Below, in pieces: positions 27,313-36,496 of a stretch of DNA of 64,000 nucleotides. The stretch is from Terriglobia bacterium (lineage in GTDB: Bacteria; Acidobacteriota; Terriglobia; Terriglobales; Acidobacteriaceae). The stretch is taken from the NCBI GenBank assembly GCA_021324365.1, contig JAJPJE010000030.1:12-64011 (forward strand). Reading direction: 5' to 3'. Positions within the stretch are counted from its first letter, which is position 1. Every line of letters begins with the position of its first letter. The translations under genes were made by a program, and so were the position numbers. The notes under the pieces were generated by a model. The model saw only the letters and a list, made by a program, of their open reading frames with translations, was not told the origin of the DNA and searched no databases.

Positions 27313-28332
27313 GTGCGAATCTTTGCGCTGACACTTCTGTCTGTCATCCTGCTGGCTTGCTCGCACGGGAACACCGCGCCCGCCAATACGGCCACGTCCA
27401 CGTCTGAACCGAATCGTACAACGACGGCCGACGCTGTATCGGAGAGCAGTGCAACGTCGCAGACGGCGAACACGCCCGCGCCTCCGCCGGATACGCCCGA
27501 CGTCCACGTGAGCGGAAAGCGCGCGCTGAAATACACAGCCGACATGGTGGCAATGGGACCGCGCCCGATTGGCAGTGCGGCACACACGAAGATGGAGAAC
27601 TACATCCGCGAACATCTTCGAAAGGACGGCGTAGAGGGCAATAATCTGGAAGAAGACCAGTTCACGGCCGATACGCCTGCGGGCAAGTTCCAGTGCCGAA
27701 ACTTCATCGCGAAGTTTCCGGGGAAGAAGGACGGGATCATCGTGATTTCGGGGCACTACGATACGAAGATGCTGCCGAACTTTGTGGGCGCGAACGACGG
27801 CGGAGCTAGCGCAGGGCTGCTACTCGAACTGGCCGATCACTTTGCCAAAGAAAAGAAGCCGCGCGATGGATACTCGGTGTGGCTGGTGTGGTTTGATGCG
27901 GAGGAAGCGGTAAAGCAGTGGTCGGCGACGGACAGCACCTATGGCAGCCGGCATCTGGCGGCTAAGTGGCAGCAGGACGGCACGGCGAAGAAGATTAAGG
28001 GTTTCATGTTGCTCGACATGATTGGCGATGCGGACCTTGGAATCGATCGCGACATGAATTCCACGCCATGGCTGGAGGATCTGGTGTACCGGGCGGCGAG
28101 TCGCTTCGGATACCAGTCGCATATATTCACACGGAAAACGGCCGACGAAGACGATCACATTCCATTCAAGAACATCGGCGTGCCGGTAGCCGATCTAATC
28201 GACCTTGATTACGGTTACAACAATGTTTTCTGGCACACGTCGCAGGACACCATGGATAAACTGAGTGCCGAGAGCCTGGAGATTGTCGGTACGACGGTGG
28301 TGGAAACGGTGCGGTTGCTGGATCAGCGGTGA
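27313..28332 (+). CDS. M28-family metallopeptidase (aminopeptidase / glutaminyl-cyclase-like), lipoprotein
   Basis: GTG start with lipobox LLAC-S. Motifs VISGHYDTK, GANDGGASAGLLLELA, VWFDAEEA, MLLDMIGD, DDHIPF. Confidence 0.85.
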   Translation: MRIFALTLLSVILLACSHGNTAPANTATSTSEPNRTTTADAVSESSATSQTANTPAPPPDTPDVHVSGKRALKYTADMVAMGPRPIGSAAHTKMENYIREHLRKDGVEGNNLEEDQFTADTPAGKFQCRNFIAKFPGKKDGIIVISGHYDTKMLPNFVGANDGGASAGLLLELADHFAKEKKPRDGYSVWLVWFDAEEAVKQWSATDSTYGSRHLAAKWQQDGTAKKIKGFMLLDMIGDADLGIDRDMNSTPWLEDLVYRAASRFGYQSHIFTRKTADEDDHIPFKNIGVPVADLIDLDYGYNNVFWHTSQDTMDKLSAESLEIVGTTVVETVRLLDQR

Positions 28333-28355
28333 GGGTTAGTACTCATTGTAAGAGA

Positions 28356-28455
28356 GGGGGCGAGACGCCCCCCGGAATAGCCGGCGAGGACGCCGGCGCA
28401 ACAACAGCGGGGCGCTGCAACAAGCCGGCGCTACAAACCCGCAAAAACTCCGGCT
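28356..28455. repeat. cluster of four GC-rich hairpins between convergent genes
   Basis: GGGGGCG-AGA-CGCCCCC (28356-28372). GCCGGCG-AGGA-CGCCGGC (28380-28397). CAGCG-GGG-CGCTG (28405-28417). AGCCGG...CCGGCT (28423-28455). Confidence 0.7.
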
Positions 28456-28465
28456 GTAGAACGTT

Positions 28466-29314
28466 TTACGCAGCTTTTTCGGTTTCGGTGCGCTTAGGGA
28501 AGACGTAGATCTGCCCATCGCGCGCCTGAACATCGTAAGTCTTGAGACTATCCTTCGCAGGGCCGGCGACAACGGTTCCGCTGTGCACGTCGAATTGCGA
28601 ACCGTGCCACGGACACTGCACGGTGCATCCGACGAGAGCGCCGTCGGAGAGAGGTCCGCCTTTATGCGTGCAATGGTCGTCGAAAGCCATCAGTCCATCG
28701 GGGCACCGGCCCACGACAACGCGTGCTCCCTGGATCACGGCGAGCAGGAGTTGTCCGGGAGCGAGGTCTTCGTCTTTGCACACAGGAAGATTCCAATCAT
28801 TGACGGTGACGGTGCGCGACTTCGAGGCGCCCGCGAAGCGGTGGTCCACGCCGATCTGATTGCGATAGACGAGAGTCGCGCCAAGCCATCCGGAGATAAA
28901 CAGGCAGAACACGCCGATGGCGGACAAAGTAAAAGAGGTCTGGTCGGGAGCCGCGGCTGGTCCTCCGCGATACGCCGCTACGGCGATGAAGAGGAACAGC
29001 ACCAGGACGTTCAGTAGCGCGTGGCGATAGCCGCGGCTGCGCGCGCTCGATTGCGGCGGCACAGTCGTGAAGAGATCGACAGCGCCGGGGATTGCGGCGA
29101 GTACAGCCATGATGTCGCCGGCGAGAATGCAATACCATCCGGCAGACCAGAGAGACGGAATCCCCTGGCTGACACCGATCGCGTCGAAAGCGAGACTGGT
29201 GATGAAGAGCCCGATCGGAAATGCCACCAGCATCGGGTGAATGGGATGCGAGCTGATATGAGCCTTGGATCGCATACGACCGCTCCGGCCAGTTGAGAGT
29301 ATGGGCGCGTGCAA
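28466..29314 (-). CDS. membrane DUF2231-like domain fused to a Rieske [2Fe-2S] domain
   Basis: 282 aa. N-terminal 4-TM part (HPIHPMLVAFPIGLFITSLAF...). C-terminal Rieske motifs CTHKGGPL and CPWHGSQF, separated by 16 residues. Confidence 0.8.
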   Translation of the reverse strand: MHAPILSTGRSGRMRSKAHISSHPIHPMLVAFPIGLFITSLAFDAIGVSQGIPSLWSAGWYCILAGDIMAVLAAIPGAVDLFTTVPPQSSARSRGYRHALLNVLVLFLFIAVAAYRGGPAAAPDQTSFTLSAIGVFCLFISGWLGATLVYRNQIGVDHRFAGASKSRTVTVNDWNLPVCKDEDLAPGQLLLAVIQGARVVVGRCPDGLMAFDDHCTHKGGPLSDGALVGCTVQCPWHGSQFDVHSGTVVAGPAKDSLKTYDVQARDGQIYVFPKRTETEKAA

Positions 29315-29457
29315 ACGCAGCGCCTCAGCACAGTGGGAGTGTGGTTCGTGAGCATTAGGATGGCTGGTTCCCTGAAGCTGGTGAAAAACTTCGGTATGAA
29401 TTGCATGGCAAAATGGTGAATAGCGGTCGCGGGAAATAGCTGGTCCAAAGGTGGACT

Positions 29458-30366
29458 TTGCATAAACTGCTCTTCTGGATAGCGTTCAATCTATTTGTCC
29501 TGATCATGCTGTTCCTGGACCTGGTGATCTTTCACCGCAAGGCCCATAAAATTCATTTTCGCGAAGCTTTGGCATGGACCGCCTTCTGGATTGCTCTGGC
29601 AGCCGCGTTCGCCGTCGGTGTGCACTTCTGGTATGGGAAGACGAAAGCGCTGGAGTTCGTAACCGGTTACGTCGTGGAAGAGTCGTTGAGCGTCGACAAT
29701 CTGTTCGTCTTCCTGCTGATCTTCAATTACTTCAAAGTTCCGGAACGCTACCAGCATAAGGTCCTGTTCTGGGGGATCATTGGCGCGCTGGTCATGCGTG
29801 CGGTGTTCATCCTGGTGGGGGTAGCACTGATGAAGCGCTTCGAGTGGATCGTCTACATTTTTGGCGCGGTGCTGATCTGGAGCGGGATCAAGTTTTTGCG
29901 CGGAGGAGAGACCAAGGTTCATCCAGAGCATAATCCGGTGCTGAAGCACGTACGGCGCTGGCTTCCGGTGACCAAGGACTACGTCGAGGGCCGATTTTTC
30001 GTTAAAGATAACGGCCTTTACGCGACACCTCTGCTGCTAGTTTTGGTCATGATCGAAACTACCGACGTGTTGTTCGCGGCGGATTCTATTCCGGCGGTGC
30101 TGGCGATCTCGCGCGATTCGTTCATCGTGTATACGTCGAATGTGTTTGCGATTCTTGGGTTGCGATCGTTGTACTTTGCACTCGCAAGGATGATGACAGC
30201 GTTCCACTATTTGCAATACGGGCTGGCGGTGATCCTGCTGTTTATCGGAGTGAAGATGATGCTGTCGAACTTCTATCACATTCCGACAGGAACCGCGCTG
30301 GCGGCGGTGGGAGGAGTGCTCGTGGTGGCGGTAGCGGCGTCGATTATGTGGCCCAGGAAGAAGTAA
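29458..30366 (+). CDS. TerC-family integral membrane protein
   Basis: 302 aa with a TTG start: EESLSVDNLFVFLLIF ... ETTDVLFAADSIPAVLAI (the duplicated TerC motif). Confidence 0.85.
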   Translation: MHKLLFWIAFNLFVLIMLFLDLVIFHRKAHKIHFREALAWTAFWIALAAAFAVGVHFWYGKTKALEFVTGYVVEESLSVDNLFVFLLIFNYFKVPERYQHKVLFWGIIGALVMRAVFILVGVALMKRFEWIVYIFGAVLIWSGIKFLRGGETKVHPEHNPVLKHVRRWLPVTKDYVEGRFFVKDNGLYATPLLLVLVMIETTDVLFAADSIPAVLAISRDSFIVYTSNVFAILGLRSLYFALARMMTAFHYLQYGLAVILLFIGVKMMLSNFYHIPTGTALAAVGGVLVVAVAASIMWPRKK

Positions 30367-30404
30367 GAAATCAGAAGACAGAAATACGAAGAGAGAAGCC
30401 TGTC

Positions 30405-30487
30405 AAAGTGCCTCACCGACTAAAGTCGGCTCGGGCAATAAAAAGAGGGAACTTGCTTCGGCGGGCCTGAAGCCGCCCCCTTCAAAT
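30405..30487 (-). repeat. composite intergenic repeat: module A + module B, both on the minus strand
   Basis: The reverse complement reads TTGAAGGGGGCGGCTTCAGGCCCGCC ... TTATTGCCCGAG-CCGACTTTAGTCGG-TGAGGCAC. It aligns along its whole length with 20530-20609. Confidence 0.8.
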
Positions 30488-30513
30488 CAAACTTATGAAA
30501 ACGCCTCTGGTAG

Positions 30514-32118
30514 TTACTCACAACTGAGTAACTCAAACCTGATCTTGTCGCCAGCGATAACCGAGTGCTTCAGGAACTTTTTGTCGTCGTGCGCAGGGAA
30601 GTCGGTGCGGTAATGGGCGCCGCGGCTTTCTTCGCGGGCGAGCGCGGATTTCGCGATCAGGATGCCAGTTTGCCACACGTTGCGGGCTTCCTGGCAACGA
30701 CGGCAATTGCTCGTCGGCAGCGAGGGTTTCAGCGCTTCGAGTTGATGAATGGCGTTCATCAGAGTATGGCCGCTGCGCACAATTCCAACATCACGCCAGA
30801 GTATGTTCTGAACTTCGCGAATGAGGTCGTCAGCACTTCTGGTATCAGAGCTTGCCGGTTCTTGAGTTGAAGCGAGATCGTTTTGATGAATGGCCGGTTG
30901 CCTGTGATTTAGTTCGGAGCGCATGCTGCGCGCGGCGCGTTCCCCGAATACCAAACCTTCCAGCAGAGAGTTACTCGCCAGTCGATTCGCGCCATGCACG
31001 CCGGTGCAGGCTACCTCGCCAGCCGCGTACAGGCCTGCAAGGCTGGTGCAACCGTCGAGATCTGTTTTAACGCCCCCCATGGCATAGTGAGCAGCAGGGC
31101 GGACGGGAATCATGTCGGTGGTGATGTCGACGTTGTATTTCAGGCAAGTGTCGTAGATGCGAGGAAAACGTTGGCGAATTTTCTCCGGATTTTTGTCAGT
31201 CAGGTCGAGGTAAACGACCGGATCTTTACTACGGCTGAGTTCCAGTTCGTGAGCAATGGCGCGGGCGACGACGTCGCGAGGAGCGAGTTCCGCGAGGGGA
31301 TGATACTTCGGCATGAATCGCGCGAGTTGATCGTTGCGCAGAATCGCGCCTTCCCCGCGGAGGGCTTCGGACAGTAAGAAACGAGGAGCGCCCTTCACAT
31401 AAAGCGCTGTGGGATGGAACTGGACAAACTCCATGTCGCTGATTTCGGCGCCTGCGCGAAATGCCATTGCGACACCGTCGCCAGTGGCCACGGCCGGGTT
31501 CGTCGTTTCCTTGTAGACATGGCCCAGGCCGCCGGTTGCAAGTAGAACCGCGGAAGCACGAACGGTATGCGGGTGGCCGTCTTCTCCGAGCAGCTTTACG
31601 CCGGAGACGCGGCCGTTTTCAACCAGCAGGTCGAGAGCAAACTCGAATTCGGAGATGACGATATTCTTGATGGATTTTGCTTTGAAGTAGAGAGCGCGTC
31701 CGATTTCCTGGCCCGTGGAGTCGCCATGCGCATGCAAAATGCGATCGCGACTGTGAGCGCCTTCGCGGGTAAAGGCCAGCTTGGTTCCATTGCGATCAAA
31801 GTGAGTTCCCCACGCGATCAGCTCTTCGATCCTTTCAGGACCCTCTTCTACGAGTACGCGAGCAGCTTGGGGATTACATAAGCCATCACCGGCAACGAGC
31901 GTGTCCTGAAGGTGAAGGCTGATTTCGTCTTCATCACTGAGCGCCGCTGCGATACCCCCCTGCGCATATTGGGTTGCCGATTCCTTCACTTCAAGTTTTG
32001 CAAGAACGAGCACGCGTCCGGCGGCTGCCAACTCGATCGCGGCGCGCAGGCCGGCGACACCCGCTCCTACGACGACGAAATCGGTGTCCGTGATTGCGGC
32101 TTTTTGCTCAGCCTTCAT
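30514..32118 (-). CDS. nadB: L-aspartate oxidase
   Basis: 534 aa: DFVVVGAGVAGLRAAIELA..., succinate dehydrogenase/fumarate reductase flavoprotein-like, ending ...SRGAHYRTDFP. Confidence 0.9.
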   Translation of the reverse strand: MKAEQKAAITDTDFVVVGAGVAGLRAAIELAAAGRVLVLAKLEVKESATQYAQGGIAAALSDEDEISLHLQDTLVAGDGLCNPQAARVLVEEGPERIEELIAWGTHFDRNGTKLAFTREGAHSRDRILHAHGDSTGQEIGRALYFKAKSIKNIVISEFEFALDLLVENGRVSGVKLLGEDGHPHTVRASAVLLATGGLGHVYKETTNPAVATGDGVAMAFRAGAEISDMEFVQFHPTALYVKGAPRFLLSEALRGEGAILRNDQLARFMPKYHPLAELAPRDVVARAIAHELELSRSKDPVVYLDLTDKNPEKIRQRFPRIYDTCLKYNVDITTDMIPVRPAAHYAMGGVKTDLDGCTSLAGLYAAGEVACTGVHGANRLASNSLLEGLVFGERAARSMRSELNHRQPAIHQNDLASTQEPASSDTRSADDLIREVQNILWRDVGIVRSGHTLMNAIHQLEALKPSLPTSNCRRCQEARNVWQTGILIAKSALAREESRGAHYRTDFPAHDDKKFLKHSVIAGDKIRFELLSCE

Positions 32119-32167
32119 TACGGCACGATGTTACCACCACGGGGTGTTTGATTCCGTGTGCGCTATC

Positions 32168-33277
32168 ATGGAATCAGTGGAAAGAATTCAAATCAGCGTG
32201 CCGGGTCATCCGTATCCGGCGATTATCGAAAGTGGCTTGTTACATCGCGCGGGGGAGCTTTTGCGCGAAATTGTGCCGAATCGCACGCGGTTTGTGGTGG
32301 TCACGGTGGCTCCGGTCCGCAAGCACTGGGGAGAGGCGCTGGGCGCATCACTGAACAAGGCAGAACTTCAACACGTTTGGCTAGAGATGCCAGATGGTGA
32401 GAAGAACAAGCGGTTGGATGTTCTCGAGGATCTGGCTGGACGGATGCTCAAGGCTGGCGCCGATCGCAAAACCGTGGTTCTGGCCTTTGGTGGCGGCGTG
32501 ACCGGCGATGTCGCCGGATTCCTCGCTTCCGTTTTCATGCGCGGAGTGGACGTGGTGCAGATTCCAACTACTCTGCTGGCGCAGGTCGATGCGTCGATCG
32601 GCGGCAAAACCGGCGTCGACATGAAAGAAGGGAAGAACCTGCTGGGCACCTTTCATCACCCGCGGGCGGTGATCATCGATCCGGCGGTGCTGTCGACGTT
32701 ACCAGATCGTGAGTACCGGGCGGGATTGTACGAAGCGCTGAAGTGCGGATTCATCCGCAACAAAGACATTTTCGACTACATGGAACGCAATCGCGACCGC
32801 ATCCTGCAGCGCGAACAGGAGCCGCTGGAATGGGTAATCCGTGCCGCAGTTCAGGTGAAAGCCGATGTGGTTTCCGCTGACGAGCGCGAGGGAGATTTGC
32901 GGCGCATTCTGAATTTTGGTCATACCATCGGCCATGCGCTGGAAGCAGAAACCGGGTACAAGCAGTTTCTGCACGGGGAAGCGGTGGCATGGGGCATGGT
33001 AGCGGCAGCGATGATCGCTGCGGCTCTGCAGAAGACCGATTCAGAGACAGCGCGGCGGATCATTTCATCGGTGCTGGCATACGCCCCGCTTCCGAAGGTG
33101 CAAACCAGGGGAAAGCGAATCGCACGGCGGCTGACAACAGACAAGAAGACAGTTAATGGCGTCGTTCACTTCATTCTTCCAACGGAACTGGGGCGCGTGG
33201 AAGTGACTCCAGACGTTCCCGAGCGCGCAGTAGTGCAGGCGGTGGAAGAGCTGCGATATCTATCGCAATCCGTGTAA
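32168..33277 (+). CDS. aroB: 3-dehydroquinate synthase
   Basis: Track ORF 32084..33277 is over-extended. ATG at 32168 (MESVERIQISV...). Motifs GGGVTGDVAGFLASVFMRGV, DASIGGKTGV, FGHTIGHALE. Confidence 0.9.
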   Translation: MESVERIQISVPGHPYPAIIESGLLHRAGELLREIVPNRTRFVVVTVAPVRKHWGEALGASLNKAELQHVWLEMPDGEKNKRLDVLEDLAGRMLKAGADRKTVVLAFGGGVTGDVAGFLASVFMRGVDVVQIPTTLLAQVDASIGGKTGVDMKEGKNLLGTFHHPRAVIIDPAVLSTLPDREYRAGLYEALKCGFIRNKDIFDYMERNRDRILQREQEPLEWVIRAAVQVKADVVSADEREGDLRRILNFGHTIGHALEAETGYKQFLHGEAVAWGMVAAAMIAAALQKTDSETARRIISSVLAYAPLPKVQTRGKRIARRLTTDKKTVNGVVHFILPTELGRVEVTPDVPERAVVQAVEELRYLSQSV

Positions 33278-34056
33278 TGGCGAGTTCTGCTGAAAATCCG
33301 AAACAATCTGTGCCGGTAATTGGTGCGGCTCCGGAAGGCGCCGTAGACCGTCAGCAGGCCGCGGCCAAGGTCCGAGAGATGTTCACGTCGATCGCGCCCC
33401 GATACGATCTCCTGAACCACGTGCTCTCGATGCAGGTGGACCGGCTCTGGTGGAGGCGGACTGCGCGTACATTTGGCCACGTCCTGCGCCGGAATGATGC
33501 GATGGTGCTCGACCTATGTTGCGGAACCGGCGACATGACGGCGGCCCTACTCGCAAGGGCACAAAAGAGCGGGGCGACCCCGAGGATCGTGGGCGCAGAC
33601 TTTTCGCACGCCATGCTGCAGCGTGCAACGATCAAGTCGATAGGGAAGCCGCTTCGGTGGATGGAAGCGGATGCGCTGAATCTTCCGCTGCCAGATGGCA
33701 CTTTCGATCTGGTGACCACGGCGTTTGGGTTTCGCAATCTGGCGGACTACGATGCGGGCTTGCGAGAAATCTATCGGGTGCTGAAGAACGGCGGAGAACT
33801 TGGCATTCTCGATTTCGGCGAGCCGAAGGGAGTTGTCGGAGCCGTGTACCGAACGTATTTCCGGTTTGTGCTGCCTGCCGTTGGAACGATGATCTCTGGT
33901 ATCAAGGGCCCTTACAAATATCTACCGGCTTCGGTGGCGCGGTTTCCTGCGCCCGAGGAGATGCTAAAGAGAATGCGGGCAGCAGGATTCAGTGAGGTGT
34001 CGTGGTCTCCACATACGCTGGGGATTGCGGGACTGTATTGGGGGAAGAAGGGATAA
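33277..34056 (+). CDS. ubiE: demethylmenaquinone / ubiquinone-biosynthesis C-methyltransferase
   Basis: 259 aa: FTSIAPRYDLLNHVLSMQVDRLWWRR...VLDLCCGTGD...FGFRNLADY. Start overlaps the aroB stop by 1 nt (TAATG). Confidence 0.9.
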   Translation: MASSAENPKQSVPVIGAAPEGAVDRQQAAAKVREMFTSIAPRYDLLNHVLSMQVDRLWWRRTARTFGHVLRRNDAMVLDLCCGTGDMTAALLARAQKSGATPRIVGADFSHAMLQRATIKSIGKPLRWMEADALNLPLPDGTFDLVTTAFGFRNLADYDAGLREIYRVLKNGGELGILDFGEPKGVVGAVYRTYFRFVLPAVGTMISGIKGPYKYLPASVARFPAPEEMLKRMRAAGFSEVSWSPHTLGIAGLYWGKKG

Positions 34057-34085
34057 GTCAAAAGTCAGAAGTCAAAAGTCAGAAG
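34057..34085. repeat. 14-bp tandem repeat (GTCAAAAGTCAGAA x2 plus 1 nt)
   Basis: Read directly, beginning one nt after the ubiE stop codon. Confidence 0.85.
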
Positions 34086-34234
34086 ATCCCTTGCGGACTC
34101 TGTTTGTCGCGATGGCACAGAAAAACCAGCCTCGAGCGGGGACCACATCGTTAAAATCACGCTGGCGGCGCCGCCCGCGCCACACCAACATGGGGCAGGC
34201 GGCGAGAGGCATCGCGCCAGATACTCTGTGAAAA

Positions 34235-35320
34235 CTAAACGCCAGCGAGGGTGGCTGTGGTGCGCGGTTGTTCGGCGAAGCAATCCTTAAAGGCCTGCTC
34301 GTTGGTGTACCGGATGACTTGCTCGTAATGAGTTCCGAGAAAGCTCTTCAGCTTATTGGTATTCATGATGTAAGACCCGGTGAGATAGGGCAGCGCTTCG
34401 GGAGGAACGGCCGATGTCTTTGTCTTCCACCACCACGATAGAGCAAGGCGGCAGGCCCAGCGTCCAGGCAAACGAATTATCTTCCGTCCGGACAGGTGCG
34501 CGCAGGTCTGGTAGGTGATGGCGTCGCCGCGGCAGGCGACGTTGAGAACCACAAGGTTGTTCGTGGCGACAGGCCTATGAAGAACGTGAGCGACGAGCCG
34601 CGCCATGTCATCGACGTGAACAAATTGAAGACGCTTGTAGAGATATTTTTCGCCGTACGGCAGGAGCATCGGAAAGCGTACCCCTGCAGCCTCACGTTTC
34701 CGTCCCCAGTAGCCATCGCCGTACGCGGTACCGCGCAGCGCATTTACCAGAAAATTCTGCATGGAAGCTCCGGTGAAAATGTGCGGACGCAAAAGGTAGG
34801 TGGTGCATGCTCCTAAGTTTCCGGCGCGAAAACGGACAACGTCATCGGCTTCCTGGGTATGGATCGCATAGGGAAGCGAGTGAGCGCCGAGGGGATTTTC
34901 TTCGCGAACCGGACCTGCGGTCTCGTTCCCATAGGCCAACACGGAAGAAGGGAAGATAAATGTGTCGACCAGGCCACCGTGTCGATTGACTTCAGTAATG
35001 GCTTCCATCACGCGGGCCGTGCCCGAGACGTTGATCTGCCACATGCGTTCCAGATCCAGCACACCGCTCTGAAGGGGATCAACAATGAACGCAAGGTGGA
35101 CGACAGCACGTGCTTCCGTCTTCTTCAACAGCTGGACCAGCGCATCACAGGTGTCCTCGCGGCCAAGGTCCATGCGTTCAAACTGGGCGAGATGACCGGC
35201 CGGGGGCGACTGCAAGTCGACGCCGACCACCCGGAAATCCTGGAGTTGCGGCAACAATCGTTGACCGAGATTGCCAGACACACCGGTGATGATGACTGTC
35301 GGTTTGGAAATGCTGCTCAC
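34235..35320 (-). CDS. NAD-dependent epimerase/dehydratase (extended SDR)
   Basis: 361 aa with N-terminal VIITGVSGNLGQRLL (GxxGxxG). Confidence 0.8.
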   Translation of the reverse strand: MSSISKPTVIITGVSGNLGQRLLPQLQDFRVVGVDLQSPPAGHLAQFERMDLGREDTCDALVQLLKKTEARAVVHLAFIVDPLQSGVLDLERMWQINVSGTARVMEAITEVNRHGGLVDTFIFPSSVLAYGNETAGPVREENPLGAHSLPYAIHTQEADDVVRFRAGNLGACTTYLLRPHIFTGASMQNFLVNALRGTAYGDGYWGRKREAAGVRFPMLLPYGEKYLYKRLQFVHVDDMARLVAHVLHRPVATNNLVVLNVACRGDAITYQTCAHLSGRKIIRLPGRWACRLALSWWWKTKTSAVPPEALPYLTGSYIMNTNKLKSFLGTHYEQVIRYTNEQAFKDCFAEQPRTTATLAGV

Positions 35321-36357
35321 TTCTTGGTCTGCGGCGGCGCTGGGGTGCTCTGCCTCGCAGCCGAGGGAGAACCCAAAGGAATCTGCGAACTTGTGACCGG
35401 GCCAAAATAGTTCTGGTTGAGATCGGTTTTAACCTGCTCGAGAATGGAATTCAGGCTTGTACGCATTTTCTCGGTCAGCAGCGTGCTTTCGATCTCGGTG
35501 CGAACATCGTTGAGCGGAACCGGTTTCTTTGATTCCATTTTGTAAATGTAAACGCCCTCAGCCTGAACGATCGGCTGGCTCACTTCCCCGGGCTTCAGAT
35601 CAAAAATCGAGGCCTGAGCAGGAGAAACCATGCTGCGCCGCCAATTCGGAATCGAGGTTGGAGGAGGTGGTGTTTTGATTCCCGCATTCGCATAGACTTC
35701 TTTTTCAATCTTGTCGACGTCCTCTCCTGCCACGAGGCGAGTACGAATCTTTTCAGCCTCCGCCTTCAGCTCTTCCACGCTCTGACCCTGTACGCTTTCT
35801 TTCAATGATGGGTTTGCTTTTGGAATGTAGAGACGTTTGAACGAGGCTTCCTGGTAATCGGCTTCGTGCTTTTTGTAGTAGTCGTCAATTTCAGCGGGAG
35901 TGGGTTTTGACTTCTCTCGCGTTTGCGTGATGAGTTCCTGTGCCAGAACCTGCGTCCTGGTCAACTCCATCATTTCCTTGAAGTGAGGTGTATCCGCAAT
36001 GCCCTGCCGCTCGGCGATGTTCTGAAGAATGAGAGCCCGCGCATACTGTTCCGCCAGGGTCTGGCGCCTGTCCGGCGGCAATTCAGGGTTCAGGGTGTTT
36101 ACAATCTTGTCGAATTGCTCACGGCTGATGGTGGTCTGGCAGTTCGGACCTGTCGCTGGTCCGGAATTACCAGGGCAGAGACCTTTCAGGGTAATTACCG
36201 CTGCTGACTCCGGCACCTCGGCCGGTTTGGTCTGCTGTGGAGTCTGCAGGGTTATGGTGCTGGGCGCGCTCGACTCAGGAGCGGGATTCTGTGACGGCGC
36301 GGTTTGAGCAACGGAAAGGGATGAGAGGAGCAAAAAAGGTACAAAGAACCGATACAT
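35317..36357 (-). CDS. periplasmic peptidyl-prolyl isomerase / chaperone (SurA / parvulin-like)
   Basis: Track ORF is 35317..36381. The likely start is MYRFFVPFLLLSSLSVAQ (signal peptide). SurA-N-like helical part, then a degenerate PpiC domain (...DLKPGEVSQPIVQAEGVYIYKM). Confidence 0.75.
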   Translation of the reverse strand: MYRFFVPFLLLSSLSVAQTAPSQNPAPESSAPSTITLQTPQQTKPAEVPESAAVITLKGLCPGNSGPATGPNCQTTISREQFDKIVNTLNPELPPDRRQTLAEQYARALILQNIAERQGIADTPHFKEMMELTRTQVLAQELITQTREKSKPTPAEIDDYYKKHEADYQEASFKRLYIPKANPSLKESVQGQSVEELKAEAEKIRTRLVAGEDVDKIEKEVYANAGIKTPPPPTSIPNWRRSMVSPAQASIFDLKPGEVSQPIVQAEGVYIYKMESKKPVPLNDVRTEIESTLLTEKMRTSLNSILEQVKTDLNQNYFGPVTSSQIPLGSPSAARQSTPAPPQTKK

Positions 36358-36496
36358 TCGAGTCTCCGAACAGGTCAACATCCGAAATTCATCAGTTCAA
36401 GAATCGTAGCATGTCGGCGGCTTTCGCTTGAAATCACAAGCGTTTGGTGATGCCGCGGTTGGCAGTAAAGAAGGGCGCAGTAGATAATCGAAGTAC

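Noticed and set aside
26989-27756. 255-aa Arg-rich minus-strand ORF.
   Set aside because: It overlaps the well-supported M28 peptidase gene in antisense and extends into the non-coding island. No domain signature.
29315-29457. Possible yybP-ykoY (manganese) riboswitch upstream of the TerC-family gene.
   Set aside because: Only weak resemblance to the consensus as I remember it (GTGGGAGTGTGG versus GGGGAGUAG, TTGCATGG versus UUGACAUA). I could not build the four-way junction. An Infernal scan with RF00080 would settle it.
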